The notes under the pieces are model-generated. The model searched no databases and was not told the DNA's origin. It worked only from the letters and a program-made list of their open reading frames with translations. Of a stretch of DNA of 64,000 bases, positions 1 through 10,474 are shown piece by piece. Position 1 is the stretch's first letter; every line of letters starts with the position of its first letter. This DNA comes from Halieaceae bacterium (lineage in GTDB: Bacteria; Pseudomonadota; Gammaproteobacteria; Pseudomonadales; Halieaceae), in the NCBI GenBank assembly GCA_038143045.1, contig JAYQLF010000014.1:86799-150798 (forward strand), given 5' to 3'. Both the position numbers and the translations under genes were made by a program.

Positions 1-368
1 TGGCGGCAAGTCAGGTTGACGTGCACGAGCGAGTCATTGTGATGGACTTGACCGAGGACCAGTCCGAGCCGCGCGTGTTTATTAATCCCGAGATCACGGT
101 GATTGACGACGCCTTGGGCACCTACGATGAGGGTTGTCTCTCGGTGCCAGGGTTCTATGAAACCGTTGAGAGGCCCAAGGCCATAGAGGTTTCCGCGCTT
201 AACCGCGAGGGAGAGCCCTTTACGGAGCGCTTGGACGGGCTGATGAGTATTTGTTTGCAGCACGAAATTGACCACTTGGAGGGTAAATTATTCGTAGACT
301 ACCTGTCACCGTTAAAGCGACAGAGGATCCGCAGCAAACTAGTGAAAGACCAAAAGCGCCGCGCCTAG
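1..368 (+). CDS. def: Peptide deformylase (5' truncated by window edge)
   Basis: EGCLS and HEIDH metal-binding motifs; frame open to window start ([11 protein letters not shown]); upstream of fmt. Confidence 0.96.
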   Translation, partial: AASQVDVHERVIVMDLTEDQSEPRVFINPEITVIDDALGTYDEGCLSVPGFYETVERPKAIEVSALNREGEPFTERLDGLMSICLQHEIDHLEGKLFVDYLSPLKRQRIRSKLVKDQKRRA

Positions 369-371
369 ATA

Positions 372-1334
372 ATGCCCGCACCTCTTAAACTGGTATTCGC
401 CGGCACACCTGAGTTTGCGGCGCGGCACCTCGAGCAGTTAGTCGACAGCCAGCATGAAATTGTCTCGGTGATGACTCAGCCCGACCGCAGGGCAGGCAGG
501 GGAAAACAGTTGCACGCTTCTCCTGTGAAACAGCTTGCTCTAAAAAGCGAGCTGCCTATTTGGCAACCTGACTCACTCAAATCTGTGGAGGCGGCAGCAG
601 TACTCAGCGATCTCTCTGCAGACCTGATGATCGTGGTGGCCTATGGCCTCATTCTGCCCGCTGCAATTCTAGACATACCGCGGCTCGGTTGCGTCAACGT
701 CCACGCCTCTTTACTTCCGCGTTGGCGGGGTGCGGCACCAGTGCAACGCGCAATAGAAGCAGGAGATATCGAGACTGGTATCAGCCTTATGGCAATGGAG
801 CCGGGGCTTGATACCGGGCCTGTGCTGTCCAAGCATGGCATGCCTATCCGCGATGACCATACCGGTGGCAGGCTACTCGATGAGTTGGCTGCTCTTGGCG
901 CATCGGCACTATTAGAAAACCTTAGCCACATCGAATCGCTTCTCGCGGCAGCGACACCACAGCAACACGACCTGGCTACCTACGCCCACAAAATCGATAA
1001 GGCCGAGAGCGCCATCGATTGGAGCGAGAGTGCCGATACGATTTGGCGGCGTATCCGGGCTTTTCACCCCACTCCAGCTTGCTACACCTTACTGGGTGAG
1101 GACCGGCTCAAAATCCTCGCAGCACACACTGAAACGGATACGCCTTCCGGTGAAACAGGTGAAATTCTATCGGCGGATGAGCGCGGCTTACGGGTGCGCT
1201 GTGCGCTCGGGGTGCTGGTTATCACCGAAGCACAACTGCCTGGCGCGAAAGCACAACCTGTCACGACGCTGATTAATGGGCATCGTGAACGCCTGAGACC
1301 AGGTGTACGGCTCAGCCCCGGACCGATCCTATGA
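372..1334 (+). CDS. fmt: Methionyl-tRNA formyltransferase
   Basis: FAGTPEFA, VTQPDR-like, NVHASLLPRWRGAAP motifs; def-fmt-rsmB synteny. Confidence 0.97.
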   Translation: MPAPLKLVFAGTPEFAARHLEQLVDSQHEIVSVMTQPDRRAGRGKQLHASPVKQLALKSELPIWQPDSLKSVEAAAVLSDLSADLMIVVAYGLILPAAILDIPRLGCVNVHASLLPRWRGAAPVQRAIEAGDIETGISLMAMEPGLDTGPVLSKHGMPIRDDHTGGRLLDELAALGASALLENLSHIESLLAAATPQQHDLATYAHKIDKAESAIDWSESADTIWRRIRAFHPTPACYTLLGEDRLKILAAHTETDTPSGETGEILSADERGLRVRCALGVLVITEAQLPGAKAQPVTTLINGHRERLRPGVRLSPGPIL

Positions 1335-2629
1335 CAATGGGCTCACCACGAGCCGCGGCCGCCCGGACCATTTATCGCGTACTTTGCGGAGAATCCCTCA
1401 ACCACTTTTTTCACGACATGCTGTCAAAGCTGGATGAGAGACGGCGTCCACTGTGTCAAGAACTGGTATACGGCACCTTACGAGAGTGGCCCTACCTGAT
1501 ATCAGTAGTGGAGCGGTATCTAGACAAACCGATCCGCAGGAAAGATCAAGACATATGGGCACTTATTTGCATCGGCATCTACGAACTGGATCACCTGCGG
1601 ACACCAGCCCACGCCGTCTTATCGGAGACCGTGAGCAGTACTCGAGAGCTTAAAAAGCCGTGGGCGAAGGGTCTGGTTAATGGTGTACTTCGGTCTCACC
1701 AAAGACAGGAGTTCAACTGGTCTGACGAACTGACAAAGGCAGCAGAATACGCCTTACCCGACTGGCTTTACGACAGTCTGGCTGAACAGTATCCAGAAAA
1801 CATCGTTCAAATTGCCGAGGCTGCGCGCTGCAAGCCCCCCATGGCCCTGCGCGTAAACCGTCAGCGGACAGACAGGGATCACTATGCCGCCACCCTGACC
1901 GAGGCCGGAGCCACTGTATCGACAGCAAATGCCGGTGATGACGGGCTTGTGCTCTCATCACCTATGGATGTTGCGGAGCTCCCCCACTTTGCTGAGGGCT
2001 GGGCGAGCGTACAGGACATTTCTGCTCAGTGTGCCGGCGCGTTACTGGCACCAAAAGAAGGCGAACGTATCCTTGACGCCTGTGCGGCTCCGGGAGGGAA
2101 AGCTTGCCACCTTCTAGAGATACAACCCGCACTCAAAGAACTTATCGCTATGGATATCTCTGAATCTCGAATGCAACGTATCCAAGAAAACTGTGACCGG
2201 CTGGGCTTACGCACGACGATGCTAATCGCTGACGCCAGCAAACCACCCGCGGCGCTCCTACCCGAAAGCCTCGATGCGATACTGGCTGATGTGCCCTGCT
2301 CTGCAACTGGGGTAATGCGGCGTAACCCTGATATCAAGATTCTCAGGCAAGCTGGAGACATCGCCTCTTTTACGAGCCAGCAGCTCGCGATCCTGAAGGG
2401 TTTATGGCCGCTCTTAAAGCCTGGCGGCCGCTTGCTTTACGTCACCTGCTCGCTGCTCGAACAAGAAAACGATAGCGTCATTGAGACATTCAACTTGGCA
2501 AATGACTGCACTGTAGAGAACATCTCGCTAGGGCAGGGCCTGGCAACAAAGAAAGGCTGGCAATTATTGCCCCACAAAACCGGGGGCGATGGCCTGTTCT
2601 TTTCCCTGATAAGAAAGCCCAAAACGTAA
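1331..2629 (+). CDS. rsmB: 16S rRNA m5C967 methyltransferase
   Basis: NusB-like N-terminus; DACAAPGGK, DVPCSATG, YVTCS motifs; ATGA overlap with fmt. Confidence 0.95.
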   Translation: MTMGSPRAAAARTIYRVLCGESLNHFFHDMLSKLDERRRPLCQELVYGTLREWPYLISVVERYLDKPIRRKDQDIWALICIGIYELDHLRTPAHAVLSETVSSTRELKKPWAKGLVNGVLRSHQRQEFNWSDELTKAAEYALPDWLYDSLAEQYPENIVQIAEAARCKPPMALRVNRQRTDRDHYAATLTEAGATVSTANAGDDGLVLSSPMDVAELPHFAEGWASVQDISAQCAGALLAPKEGERILDACAAPGGKACHLLEIQPALKELIAMDISESRMQRIQENCDRLGLRTTMLIADASKPPAALLPESLDAILADVPCSATGVMRRNPDIKILRQAGDIASFTSQQLAILKGLWPLLKPGGRLLYVTCSLLEQENDSVIETFNLANDCTVENISLGQGLATKKGWQLLPHKTGGDGLFFSLIRKPKT

Positions 2630-2730
2630 AGCGCATGTCGTTCTGGCGACTAACGTGACTAATCCACATGGCGTGGCAGGATTGAGATGGTTTAAGGTGG
2701 CGGCGGGTCGTTGGGAGGGTCCAGAGGCCG

Positions 2731-4107
2731 GTGAAAATCATTATCCTCGGAGCGGGACAAGTCGGCGGCACGCTTGCCGAGCACCTTGCTGACGAAAAGA
2801 ACGACATCACCGTCGTTGACGAGCAAACGTCGACTCTCAAACGTCTTGCAGAGCGGCTGGATGTTCGGACCGTTTTAGGAAACGGCGCACATCCCAGCAC
2901 ACTCATGGATGCAGGTGCTGAAAATGCCGATATGCTCATCGCGGTAACGGACAGCGATGAAATCAATATGCTCGCCTGCTCCGTTGCTTTTACGCTGTAT
3001 CGAACACCCACCAAAATTAGCCGAATCCGCTCCGCAAACTACCTCGTTGAGCATCAAGCTCTGTTCGAATCCGGGGCCATCCCTGTCGACGTGATCATTG
3101 GGCCGGAGCAACTCGTCACGACTAACATCGAGCAGTTAATAGCGAACCCGGGTTCGCTGCAGGTGTTGGATTTTGCTGGTGGGCGCATCCGTCTTGTTGC
3201 CGTCAAAGCACTGGACGGCGGGCCGATAGTCGGCCGCGAGCTTCAGGAAATTCGAGAGCACATGCCAAGAGTTGACACCCGTGTGGCAGCGATATTCCGT
3301 GCGGGAGGTGACCCAATTATCCCAGAGGGAACAACCGTAGTTGAACCCAACGACGAAGTGTTTTTTATCGCCGCAAGGGAACACATCCGCGAAGTCACGT
3401 CAGAGCTTCGTAAAATCGATAAGCCCTACCATCGGGTCATGATCGTAGGAGGAGGAAACATTGGGGCAACCCTTGCGCAACGGCTGGAGCGGCGATACCA
3501 AGTTAAGGTTATTGAGCGCTCCTACGAACGCTGCAGGACGCTTTCCGACTTACTGGAAGACACCATTGTGCTTCATGGAAGCGGTAATGAGCCCCTGCTA
3601 TTAAAACAAGAGAACATTGAGAACACAGATGTCTTTTGTGCGCTGACTGATAACGATGAATCCAACATCATGATGTCAATGCTCGCCAAAAGACTCGGCG
3701 CTAAAAAAGTCATTACGCTGATAACCAATGCTGCGTATGCGGACCTGATAGGTGATGACATAGACATTGCCATCTCTCCACAACAGGTGACGATTAGCAG
3801 CCTTCTCATGCATGTGCGGCAGGGAGACATCAGCGCCGTCCATTCGCTTCGCAGAGGCGCCGCAGAAGCAATTGAGCTGACAGCTCATGGTGACGCCCGG
3901 TCTTCCAAGGTGGTCGGACGAAGATTAGACGAGTTAAACCTGCCTTCGAGTGTGACCGTTGGCGCAATCTTGAGAGGCGAAGAGGTGCTGATCGCCCACG
4001 GCGATGTTGTAGTTGAAGCCAACGACCATGTGATCCTTTTCCTCACCGACCGCACTCAGATCTCAGCTGTAGAGAAATTATTTGCGGTGGGTTTCGGCTT
4101 TATTTAA
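2731..4107 (+). CDS. trkA: Trk potassium uptake NAD-binding subunit
   Basis: MKIIILGAGQVG and second GGGNIG Rossmann motif; 458 aa. Confidence 0.97.
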   Translation: MKIIILGAGQVGGTLAEHLADEKNDITVVDEQTSTLKRLAERLDVRTVLGNGAHPSTLMDAGAENADMLIAVTDSDEINMLACSVAFTLYRTPTKISRIRSANYLVEHQALFESGAIPVDVIIGPEQLVTTNIEQLIANPGSLQVLDFAGGRIRLVAVKALDGGPIVGRELQEIREHMPRVDTRVAAIFRAGGDPIIPEGTTVVEPNDEVFFIAAREHIREVTSELRKIDKPYHRVMIVGGGNIGATLAQRLERRYQVKVIERSYERCRTLSDLLEDTIVLHGSGNEPLLLKQENIENTDVFCALTDNDESNIMMSMLAKRLGAKKVITLITNAAYADLIGDDIDIAISPQQVTISSLLMHVRQGDISAVHSLRRGAAEAIELTAHGDARSSKVVGRRLDELNLPSSVTVGAILRGEEVLIAHGDVVVEANDHVILFLTDRTQISAVEKLFAVGFGFI

Positions 4108-5555
4108 TGCAGTTCGCAATGGCCCTTAAAATCATCGGGGTGCTGCTGATTTTATTCAGCACGACGATGTTGCCGTCACTTTTTATAGGGTTAATAGCGG
4201 GTGATGGAACGGACGCGGCATTTGCTACGGGGTTTGCTACCACGCTCTTTTCAGGGGTCATCATGTGGCTACCAACGCGGCACCTGACGAGAGACCTCAG
4301 CATACGCGACGGCTTTGTCGTAACCGCTTTATTTTGGCTGGTCCTTGGCTTGTTTGGCGCCATACCGTTGTGGCTTGCCCCTCAGGTCGATCTCTCCCCC
4401 ACCGAAGCCATTTTCGAGTCGATTTCCGGACTGACAACAACAGGCGCTACCGTTATCACCGGCCTCGATGCGTTACCGCAGTCCCTTCTTTTTTATCGCC
4501 AGTTCCTCCAGTGGCTGGGAGGAATAGGAATTATTGTTCTGGCAGTGGCCGTTCTGCCCATGCTCGGCATCGGCGGCATGCAGCTTTATCGTGCAGAAAG
4601 CGCAGGTCCATCCAAAGACCGCAAACTGACACCACGAATAACCGGTACCGCCAAAGCGCTGTTCGGTATTTATTTGTTACTGACCATCGCCTGTGCGCTA
4701 GCTTATCTAGCAACGGGGATGCCGGCCTTTGATGCGTTGTGCCACGCTTTTTCTACGGTGGCAATCGGAGGCTTCTCAACTCACGATGCCAGTTTAGGCT
4801 ATTACCAAGAAAATGCCGTGCTTCTCGTGAGCTCTGTTTTCATGTTGCTGTCAGGGATCAATTTCGGATTACATTTTCTGGCGATACAGCGGCGTGATAT
4901 CCGTCTTTATGCGCGTGACTCGGAGGCAGCTTTCTTCATCGCCGTGATCGGCCTGGCCACCGCTATAGTGTGTTGCCTCCTGCTTTACACCGAAGCACTG
5001 AGCTACGAAGACAGCCTCATCCACGGTGTATTCCAGACGGTATCGATTGCCACCACCACAGGCTTCACCACGCAAGACTTTTCAGTCTGGCCGTTGTTTT
5101 TACCCGTCTTTCTATTGATGCTGAGCTTCATGGGCGGCTGTGTCGGATCCACTGGCGGAGGCATGAAGGCTATGAGGATTTTGCTCATCTTCAAACAGGG
5201 CGTGCGAGAGTTGCGGCAGTTGCTGCACCCTAACGCCGTAATTCCTCTGAAATTGGACTCACGAAGAGTCCAAACAGAGGTCATCAGTGCAGTGTGGAGT
5301 TTCTTCGCGGTTTATATGTTTTGTTTCGTATTGATTTGGCTGGGGCTACTGGCCACCGATCTGGATTTTATCTCGGCTTTTTCTGCTGTAGTCGCGACCA
5401 TGAACAATCTCGGCCCAGGTCTCGGTGAAGTAGCAAGTCATTACGCTACGGTGAGTGAAACGGGGAAATTGATCCTCTGCCTCGCCATGTTAATGGGACG
5501 GTTAGAAGTATTCACGCTGTTGGTATTACTTACTCCCGCTTTCTGGCGAGACTGA
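4107..5555 (+). CDS. trkH: Trk potassium uptake membrane subunit
   Basis: FESISGLTTTGAT, GSTGGGMK, GRLE pore-loop motifs; multi-TM. Confidence 0.96.
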   Translation: MQFAMALKIIGVLLILFSTTMLPSLFIGLIAGDGTDAAFATGFATTLFSGVIMWLPTRHLTRDLSIRDGFVVTALFWLVLGLFGAIPLWLAPQVDLSPTEAIFESISGLTTTGATVITGLDALPQSLLFYRQFLQWLGGIGIIVLAVAVLPMLGIGGMQLYRAESAGPSKDRKLTPRITGTAKALFGIYLLLTIACALAYLATGMPAFDALCHAFSTVAIGGFSTHDASLGYYQENAVLLVSSVFMLLSGINFGLHFLAIQRRDIRLYARDSEAAFFIAVIGLATAIVCCLLLYTEALSYEDSLIHGVFQTVSIATTTGFTTQDFSVWPLFLPVFLLMLSFMGGCVGSTGGGMKAMRILLIFKQGVRELRQLLHPNAVIPLKLDSRRVQTEVISAVWSFFAVYMFCFVLIWLGLLATDLDFISAFSAVVATMNNLGPGLGEVASHYATVSETGKLILCLAMLMGRLEVFTLLVLLTPAFWRD

Positions 5556-5588
5556 CGCACACATCGCCGGTGCCAACAGGGAATACGA

Positions 5589-6416
5589 TTACTTTAAACC
5601 CCGAGCACTCTGTATGACGTCGTAAGCAGCAGTGATTTCCTGAGAGCGTTCCGTCGCCACCTTGAGTAGCTCGTCGGGGACCCCCTCTGCCATGAGCTTA
5701 TCGGGATGGTTTTCGCTCATTAATTTCCGATAACGCCGTTTAATCTCTGAATCACTGGCACTCGCGTCAATCCCCAGTGCGGCGTAGGCAGTTTCAAGCT
5801 GCGACGCTTCACGACTTGCAGCAGAATAACCGTGTCCACCACCCGTACTTCTGTACCGACCCTGCTGAAACTGAGCCTGAGCATTGGCCATAGAGATAAG
5901 CTGAGCAACATCTTTGTGCGGCAACCCCAGCAAGTCAGCTAAACGGTAAATCGCGGCGCGCTCTTTCTCAGAAAAGCTACCATCAGCGAGCGCTATACCC
6001 ACTAACATCGCCATGAGTGTCCGCTGTGCCTGACGACGGGGGCCGAGACACTGCGTAAACTGGTGGACGGTCGGTGCCGGATCGAACCCGGAAGCTGAGC
6101 CCGTCTTAAATCGTTCAATCGCCGTTCGACGTTGTGCAGCAGTCAAACGAAGTTGTGTAAACAAAGACTCTGTCTGCGCGATTTCAGCCTCAGAAACCCT
6201 ACCATCCGCTTTCGCGACGAAACCCAGCAACGTGAAGGTGGTCTCAAAAAACTGCTCGCGCATAATGTGCACAGCCTCGGGCCCTGACAGCTGTAGCGCC
6301 CGCCACAACCCCTGATCAAAGGCGTGCCCGAGCACGAGGCCAAACAGCAATCCTGCTGGTCCAAAGGCCAAAAAACCAATGAGACCTGCAATAACCTTAC
6401 CTGTGAAGCGCGTCAT
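5589..6416 (-). CDS. djlA: DnaJ-like co-chaperone DjlA
   Basis: N-terminal TM, TerB-like AKADGRVSEAEI, C-terminal J domain with HPD. Confidence 0.92.
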   Translation of the reverse strand: MTRFTGKVIAGLIGFLAFGPAGLLFGLVLGHAFDQGLWRALQLSGPEAVHIMREQFFETTFTLLGFVAKADGRVSEAEIAQTESLFTQLRLTAAQRRTAIERFKTGSASGFDPAPTVHQFTQCLGPRRQAQRTLMAMLVGIALADGSFSEKERAAIYRLADLLGLPHKDVAQLISMANAQAQFQQGRYRSTGGGHGYSAASREASQLETAYAALGIDASASDSEIKRRYRKLMSENHPDKLMAEGVPDELLKVATERSQEITAAYDVIQSARGLK

Positions 6417-6425
6417 GCTGATCTC

Positions 6426-7376
6426 CTATTGGCAATCAATGGGAAAAGCATTCCAGTTGTAATGCTCAACGCCATCGGCGGGGCGACATCGAAAACGTTT
6501 GTACTGCCATTGATATTGGGCCTCATTGCCTTCAATCAACTTCTGCACGCTCAGATTGATCGCCGTGACAGCTTCAACTTGGTCAGTGCTGGCAACGCCT
6601 GGCTCGGCAGGGCGAAAAACCCCGCGGAAACCAGAAGGCGTGCGAAACATCGCGCCAGTGACGGGCGCAGCACCCGACTTTTTGATCAGATTACTGGCCA
6701 AAGAGGCCGTAAAGCAGGGCACGCCATAAAAGGGAGCGTTAACACCCGCATTTTCATTCGCGGGTACCTGGTCTGGCAGAATTCCGGTGATTCCGCCCGC
6801 GCGAACAGACTGCACGAGCTTGGCGATGCCCCGCGGCGTTGTGGGCACCAATTCACCGCCAGTCTGCTGCCTGCCACGATGCACCAACCGATCCAACTTT
6901 TTAAACGCCAGCGGTTCATAGAGGGCAACCAGATCTCCGATGGTGGCGAGGTACATCCCCAAGAGCTCCCAATTTCCCAAGTGCGGTCCCAAAACGATGA
7001 CACCGCGACCTTCTCTCAGCGGATTTTGCAGACACTCAAGCCCGTCAAACTCGATCATGCTCTCAGTTCTTTCCCAAGGCTGGTCCCATAAACGGCCCAT
7101 TTCGGCCATGAGCTCACCCGTCGCCTGAACGCTCCGCTTCGCGACCTCGGTGCGCTGTGCTGTGAACCATTGCGGGTACGCAAGCTCGAGGTTTCTGATC
7201 GCCACCCATCTCATCCGGTGATTGAAACGATACAACCCCGCCCCGACGAACCGGCCCAATGCGCGCGACCACCGAATGGGGAGTCGAGTGGTAACGACCA
7301 GCATCACATGAATAAGCGAGATAACGGTCCATTCCAGCCACATCGGTTTCGGTGAATTGGGCATAACAAAGGGCAA
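6426..7376 (-). CDS. lpxL: Lipid A lauroyl/lysophospholipid acyltransferase (LpxL/HtrB family); start may be ATG 7364
   Basis: PHLGNWE, PDQ and QYQWQYKRF motifs; divergent from glyQ as in pseudomonads. Confidence 0.8.
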   Translation of the reverse strand: MPFVMPNSPKPMWLEWTVISLIHVMLVVTTRLPIRWSRALGRFVGAGLYRFNHRMRWVAIRNLELAYPQWFTAQRTEVAKRSVQATGELMAEMGRLWDQPWERTESMIEFDGLECLQNPLREGRGVIVLGPHLGNWELLGMYLATIGDLVALYEPLAFKKLDRLVHRGRQQTGGELVPTTPRGIAKLVQSVRAGGITGILPDQVPANENAGVNAPFYGVPCFTASLASNLIKKSGAAPVTGAMFRTPSGFRGVFRPAEPGVASTDQVEAVTAINLSVQKLIEGNEAQYQWQYKRFRCRPADGVEHYNWNAFPIDCQ

Positions 7377-7448
7377 CCATGGCGGTGTGTAACTGGAAAA
7401 TTGATTATGGCGCGGGCAACGCAGTTATACTAACGCCCCCCATCAAGA

Positions 7449-8405
7449 TTGGATCTTTCAGTGGCGCCTGCGACATTTCAAGAGGTTATTTTACGGCTGC
7501 AGGAGTACTGGGCCCAGAAAGGCTGCGTGGTCTTGCAGCCTCTGGATATGGAAGTCGGCGCTGGGACCTTCCACCCCGCGACCTTTCTCAGGGCACTGGG
7601 GCCGGAAAACTGGAACGCGGCCTATGTTCAACCTAGCCGGAGGCCCGCTGACGGGCGTTATGGCGAAAACCCTAATCGGCTCCAACACTATTATCAGTTT
7701 CAGGTTGTCATGAAACCCTCACCGGCTGACTTCCAGGATCTCTACCTGGGCAGCCTCTACGCGCTAGGTGTCGATCCGCTGGTACACGACATCCGCTTCG
7801 TTGAAGACAACTGGGAATCTCCCACACTCGGCGCATGGGGTTTGGGCTGGGAGGTCTGGCTGAACGGCATGGAAGTCAGCCAGTTCACCTACTTCCAGCA
7901 GGCCGGTGGACTTGAATGCTATCCGGTCACGGGCGAGCTCACATACGGCCTTGAGCGAATCGCCATGTATTTACAAGGGGTGGAGTCGGTCTATGACCTC
8001 GTCTGGGCCAACAGCCCAAATGGCACCGTGACCTATGGTGATGTGTATCACCAAAACGAAGTCGAAATGTCGACCTTTAACTTTCGCGAGGCTGACGTTG
8101 ATTATCTGTTTTCACAATTCGAGTTCTGCGAAAAAGAGGCGACCCGGCTGGCGGAAAACCAATTGCCCTTACCAGCATACGAGCACGTTATGAAAGCCTC
8201 TCATACCTTCAATCTGCTCGACGCTAGGCATGCTATCGGTGTCACTGAGCGTCAACGCTACATCTTGCGCGTGCGCACACTCGCGAGAGCCGCCGCGGAA
8301 GCCTACGTTGCTGCGCGCGGTGCACTCGGATTCCCGCAAGCCGACCCCGATCTTGCCGCGGCGGCACTCCAACAGCTGGAAGCAAAGCAGGCAGGTGAAG
8401 CGTGA
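7449..8405 (+). CDS. glyQ: Glycine-tRNA ligase alpha subunit (start TTG 7449 or GTG 7461)
   Basis: [36 protein letters not shown]. Confidence 0.98.
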   Translation: MDLSVAPATFQEVILRLQEYWAQKGCVVLQPLDMEVGAGTFHPATFLRALGPENWNAAYVQPSRRPADGRYGENPNRLQHYYQFQVVMKPSPADFQDLYLGSLYALGVDPLVHDIRFVEDNWESPTLGAWGLGWEVWLNGMEVSQFTYFQQAGGLECYPVTGELTYGLERIAMYLQGVESVYDLVWANSPNGTVTYGDVYHQNEVEMSTFNFREADVDYLFSQFEFCEKEATRLAENQLPLPAYEHVMKASHTFNLLDARHAIGVTERQRYILRVRTLARAAAEAYVAARGALGFPQADPDLAAAALQQLEAKQAGEA

Positions 8406-10474
8406 GTACCGCGGACTTACTGTTTGAACTGGGCACCGAAGAGCTCCCCGCAGGCGAAATAACAGGAATGGTGCGTGCGCTGCGCCAGAGCATTACCGAA
8501 GGCCTGACCGGGCATGGGTTGTCCTTTGACTCGGTCGACGACTTTTCGACCCCACGTCGGCTCGCGGTACTGGTGCAGGGGCTGGTCACAAAGGGCCCGG
8601 ATCTGAATAGCACTGTGGTCGGACCGCCGCTATCCGCCGCAAAAGATGAAAGCGGCCAGTGGACCAAAGCAGCGGAAGGCTTCGCACGAAAACAAGGTGT
8701 CGCCCCTGAAGCACTGGAAATCATCGAAGAGCAGGGTATAGAGCGCATCGTTGCGCATGTGTCACAGCAAGGCGCCGAGGCCGCCTCGGTCGTTCCCGAC
8801 ATTGTCGCGCGCGCCGTCACCGGGATTCCCGTCTCCAAGCGTATGCGTTGGGGTCGGTCCCGAGACGAGTTCCTCAGGCCGGTGCAATGGCTTGTGCTGT
8901 TATTGGGTGATGAAGTGCTACCGCTGTCGCTGTTTAATTTGAGCAGCAGCCGGGAAAGCCGCGGACACCGGTTTCACCACAATATGCCGGTCCCGATCGC
9001 ATCACCCGGTGACTATCAGGAGACGCTGAAATCAGCGCGCGTGCTCTGCGCTACCACGGAACGACGCGATCTGATTGCGCAACAGGTCAACGCATTGGCT
9101 GCGCCCGGGGAGTCTGTTGCGCTGGCCGATGATCTTCTGGATGAGGTAACAGGGCTGGTCGAGTGGCCGACTGCTCTGCGCGGCAGCTTTGACGAAGCGT
9201 TTCTCGAAGTGCCCTCTCAGGCGCTGATCTCAGCCATGAAGACTCACCAGAAATATTTTCATCTGACCCGCGAATCAGACGGCGCATTGTTACCCGCGTT
9301 TATTACGGTATCCAATATCGATAGCCAACAGCCCTCTGAAGTGATCTCCGGCAACGAGCGTGTCATCCGACCGCGCTTGAGCGATGCCGCCTTTTTCTTC
9401 AGCAATGACAAAAAGACACCTCTCGCCTCGCGGCAGAGCCGTTTGAGCAGCGTGGTCTTTCAACACAAGCTCGGCAGCTTGCTTGATAAAACCGAGCGCA
9501 TCACGCAGTTGGCCACGGAGATCGCTAAGGTGATCGGCGCCAACCAGCACATCACCGCGAGAGCGGCGCAGCTCTCAAAGTGTGATCTTGTCTCGGAGAT
9601 GGTGCTGGAATTTCCGGATCTGCAGGGCATTGCCGGTCGGCAATATGCGGTGCATGACGGTGAAGATCTCGATGTCGCTGCAGCGATTGAGTCGCACTAT
9701 TACCCGCGCTTTGCGGGGGATTCACTCCCGGATACGGCGGAGGCCGCTGCCGTGGCACTGGCAGATCGACTCGATACGCTGGTTGGTATTTTCGGGATAG
9801 GTCAGCCGCCAACAGGATCAAAAGACCCCTTCGCGCTCCGTCGGGCGTCTCTGGCTGTAATCAGAATACTGATCAACCTACAAACACCCGCCTCATTGCA
9901 AGCGCTGCTAGAAACAGCGGTCTCTCAGCACGCCGCCGAACTGGAGCCAGACACGGTCGCCACCGTCTTGCAGTACACCCTGGACCGCCTGGGTAGCTGG
10001 TACGACGAAGAGGGTATTCACGTGTCGGTGCTGCGCGCGGTACTGGCCACCGAAGCAACTGACCTCTTCGATATTGACCTGCGCGTCAGGGCGCTCGCGC
10101 AATTCGCGCAAACGGAAACCGCAAAGCAGCTGGCCGCTGCCAACAAGCGCGTTGCCAATATGCTCGCGAAAGCCGATTCGCTGGACGATGAAGACGCGGA
10201 TGCCTCACTCTTCACAGAGCAAGCCGAGACCGAACTCCATGGCGCAGTAAACGCCGTCGATACGGCCATCAAACCCCTTCTGGCTGCGCGCGAATATCAA
10301 GCGGCACTCGATGAGCTGGCGAAGCTACGGGATCCGGTTGATGCGTTCTTTGAACATGTCATGGTGAACAGTGACAACCCGGATGAAAAACGAAACCGGT
10401 ATCGGCTGCTGAGCCGGTTGCGTCAGCTCTTCACCCAGCTTGCAGATTTGGCGTTGTTAGCCGCCGCCGAATGA
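8402..10474 (+). CDS. glyS: Glycine-tRNA ligase beta subunit
   Basis: [30 protein letters not shown]; overlaps glyQ stop. Confidence 0.97.
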   Translation: MSTADLLFELGTEELPAGEITGMVRALRQSITEGLTGHGLSFDSVDDFSTPRRLAVLVQGLVTKGPDLNSTVVGPPLSAAKDESGQWTKAAEGFARKQGVAPEALEIIEEQGIERIVAHVSQQGAEAASVVPDIVARAVTGIPVSKRMRWGRSRDEFLRPVQWLVLLLGDEVLPLSLFNLSSSRESRGHRFHHNMPVPIASPGDYQETLKSARVLCATTERRDLIAQQVNALAAPGESVALADDLLDEVTGLVEWPTALRGSFDEAFLEVPSQALISAMKTHQKYFHLTRESDGALLPAFITVSNIDSQQPSEVISGNERVIRPRLSDAAFFFSNDKKTPLASRQSRLSSVVFQHKLGSLLDKTERITQLATEIAKVIGANQHITARAAQLSKCDLVSEMVLEFPDLQGIAGRQYAVHDGEDLDVAAAIESHYYPRFAGDSLPDTAEAAAVALADRLDTLVGIFGIGQPPTGSKDPFALRRASLAVIRILINLQTPASLQALLETAVSQHAAELEPDTVATVLQYTLDRLGSWYDEEGIHVSVLRAVLATEATDLFDIDLRVRALAQFAQTETAKQLAAANKRVANMLAKADSLDDEDADASLFTEQAETELHGAVNAVDTAIKPLLAAREYQAALDELAKLRDPVDAFFEHVMVNSDNPDEKRNRYRLLSRLRQLFTQLADLALLAAAE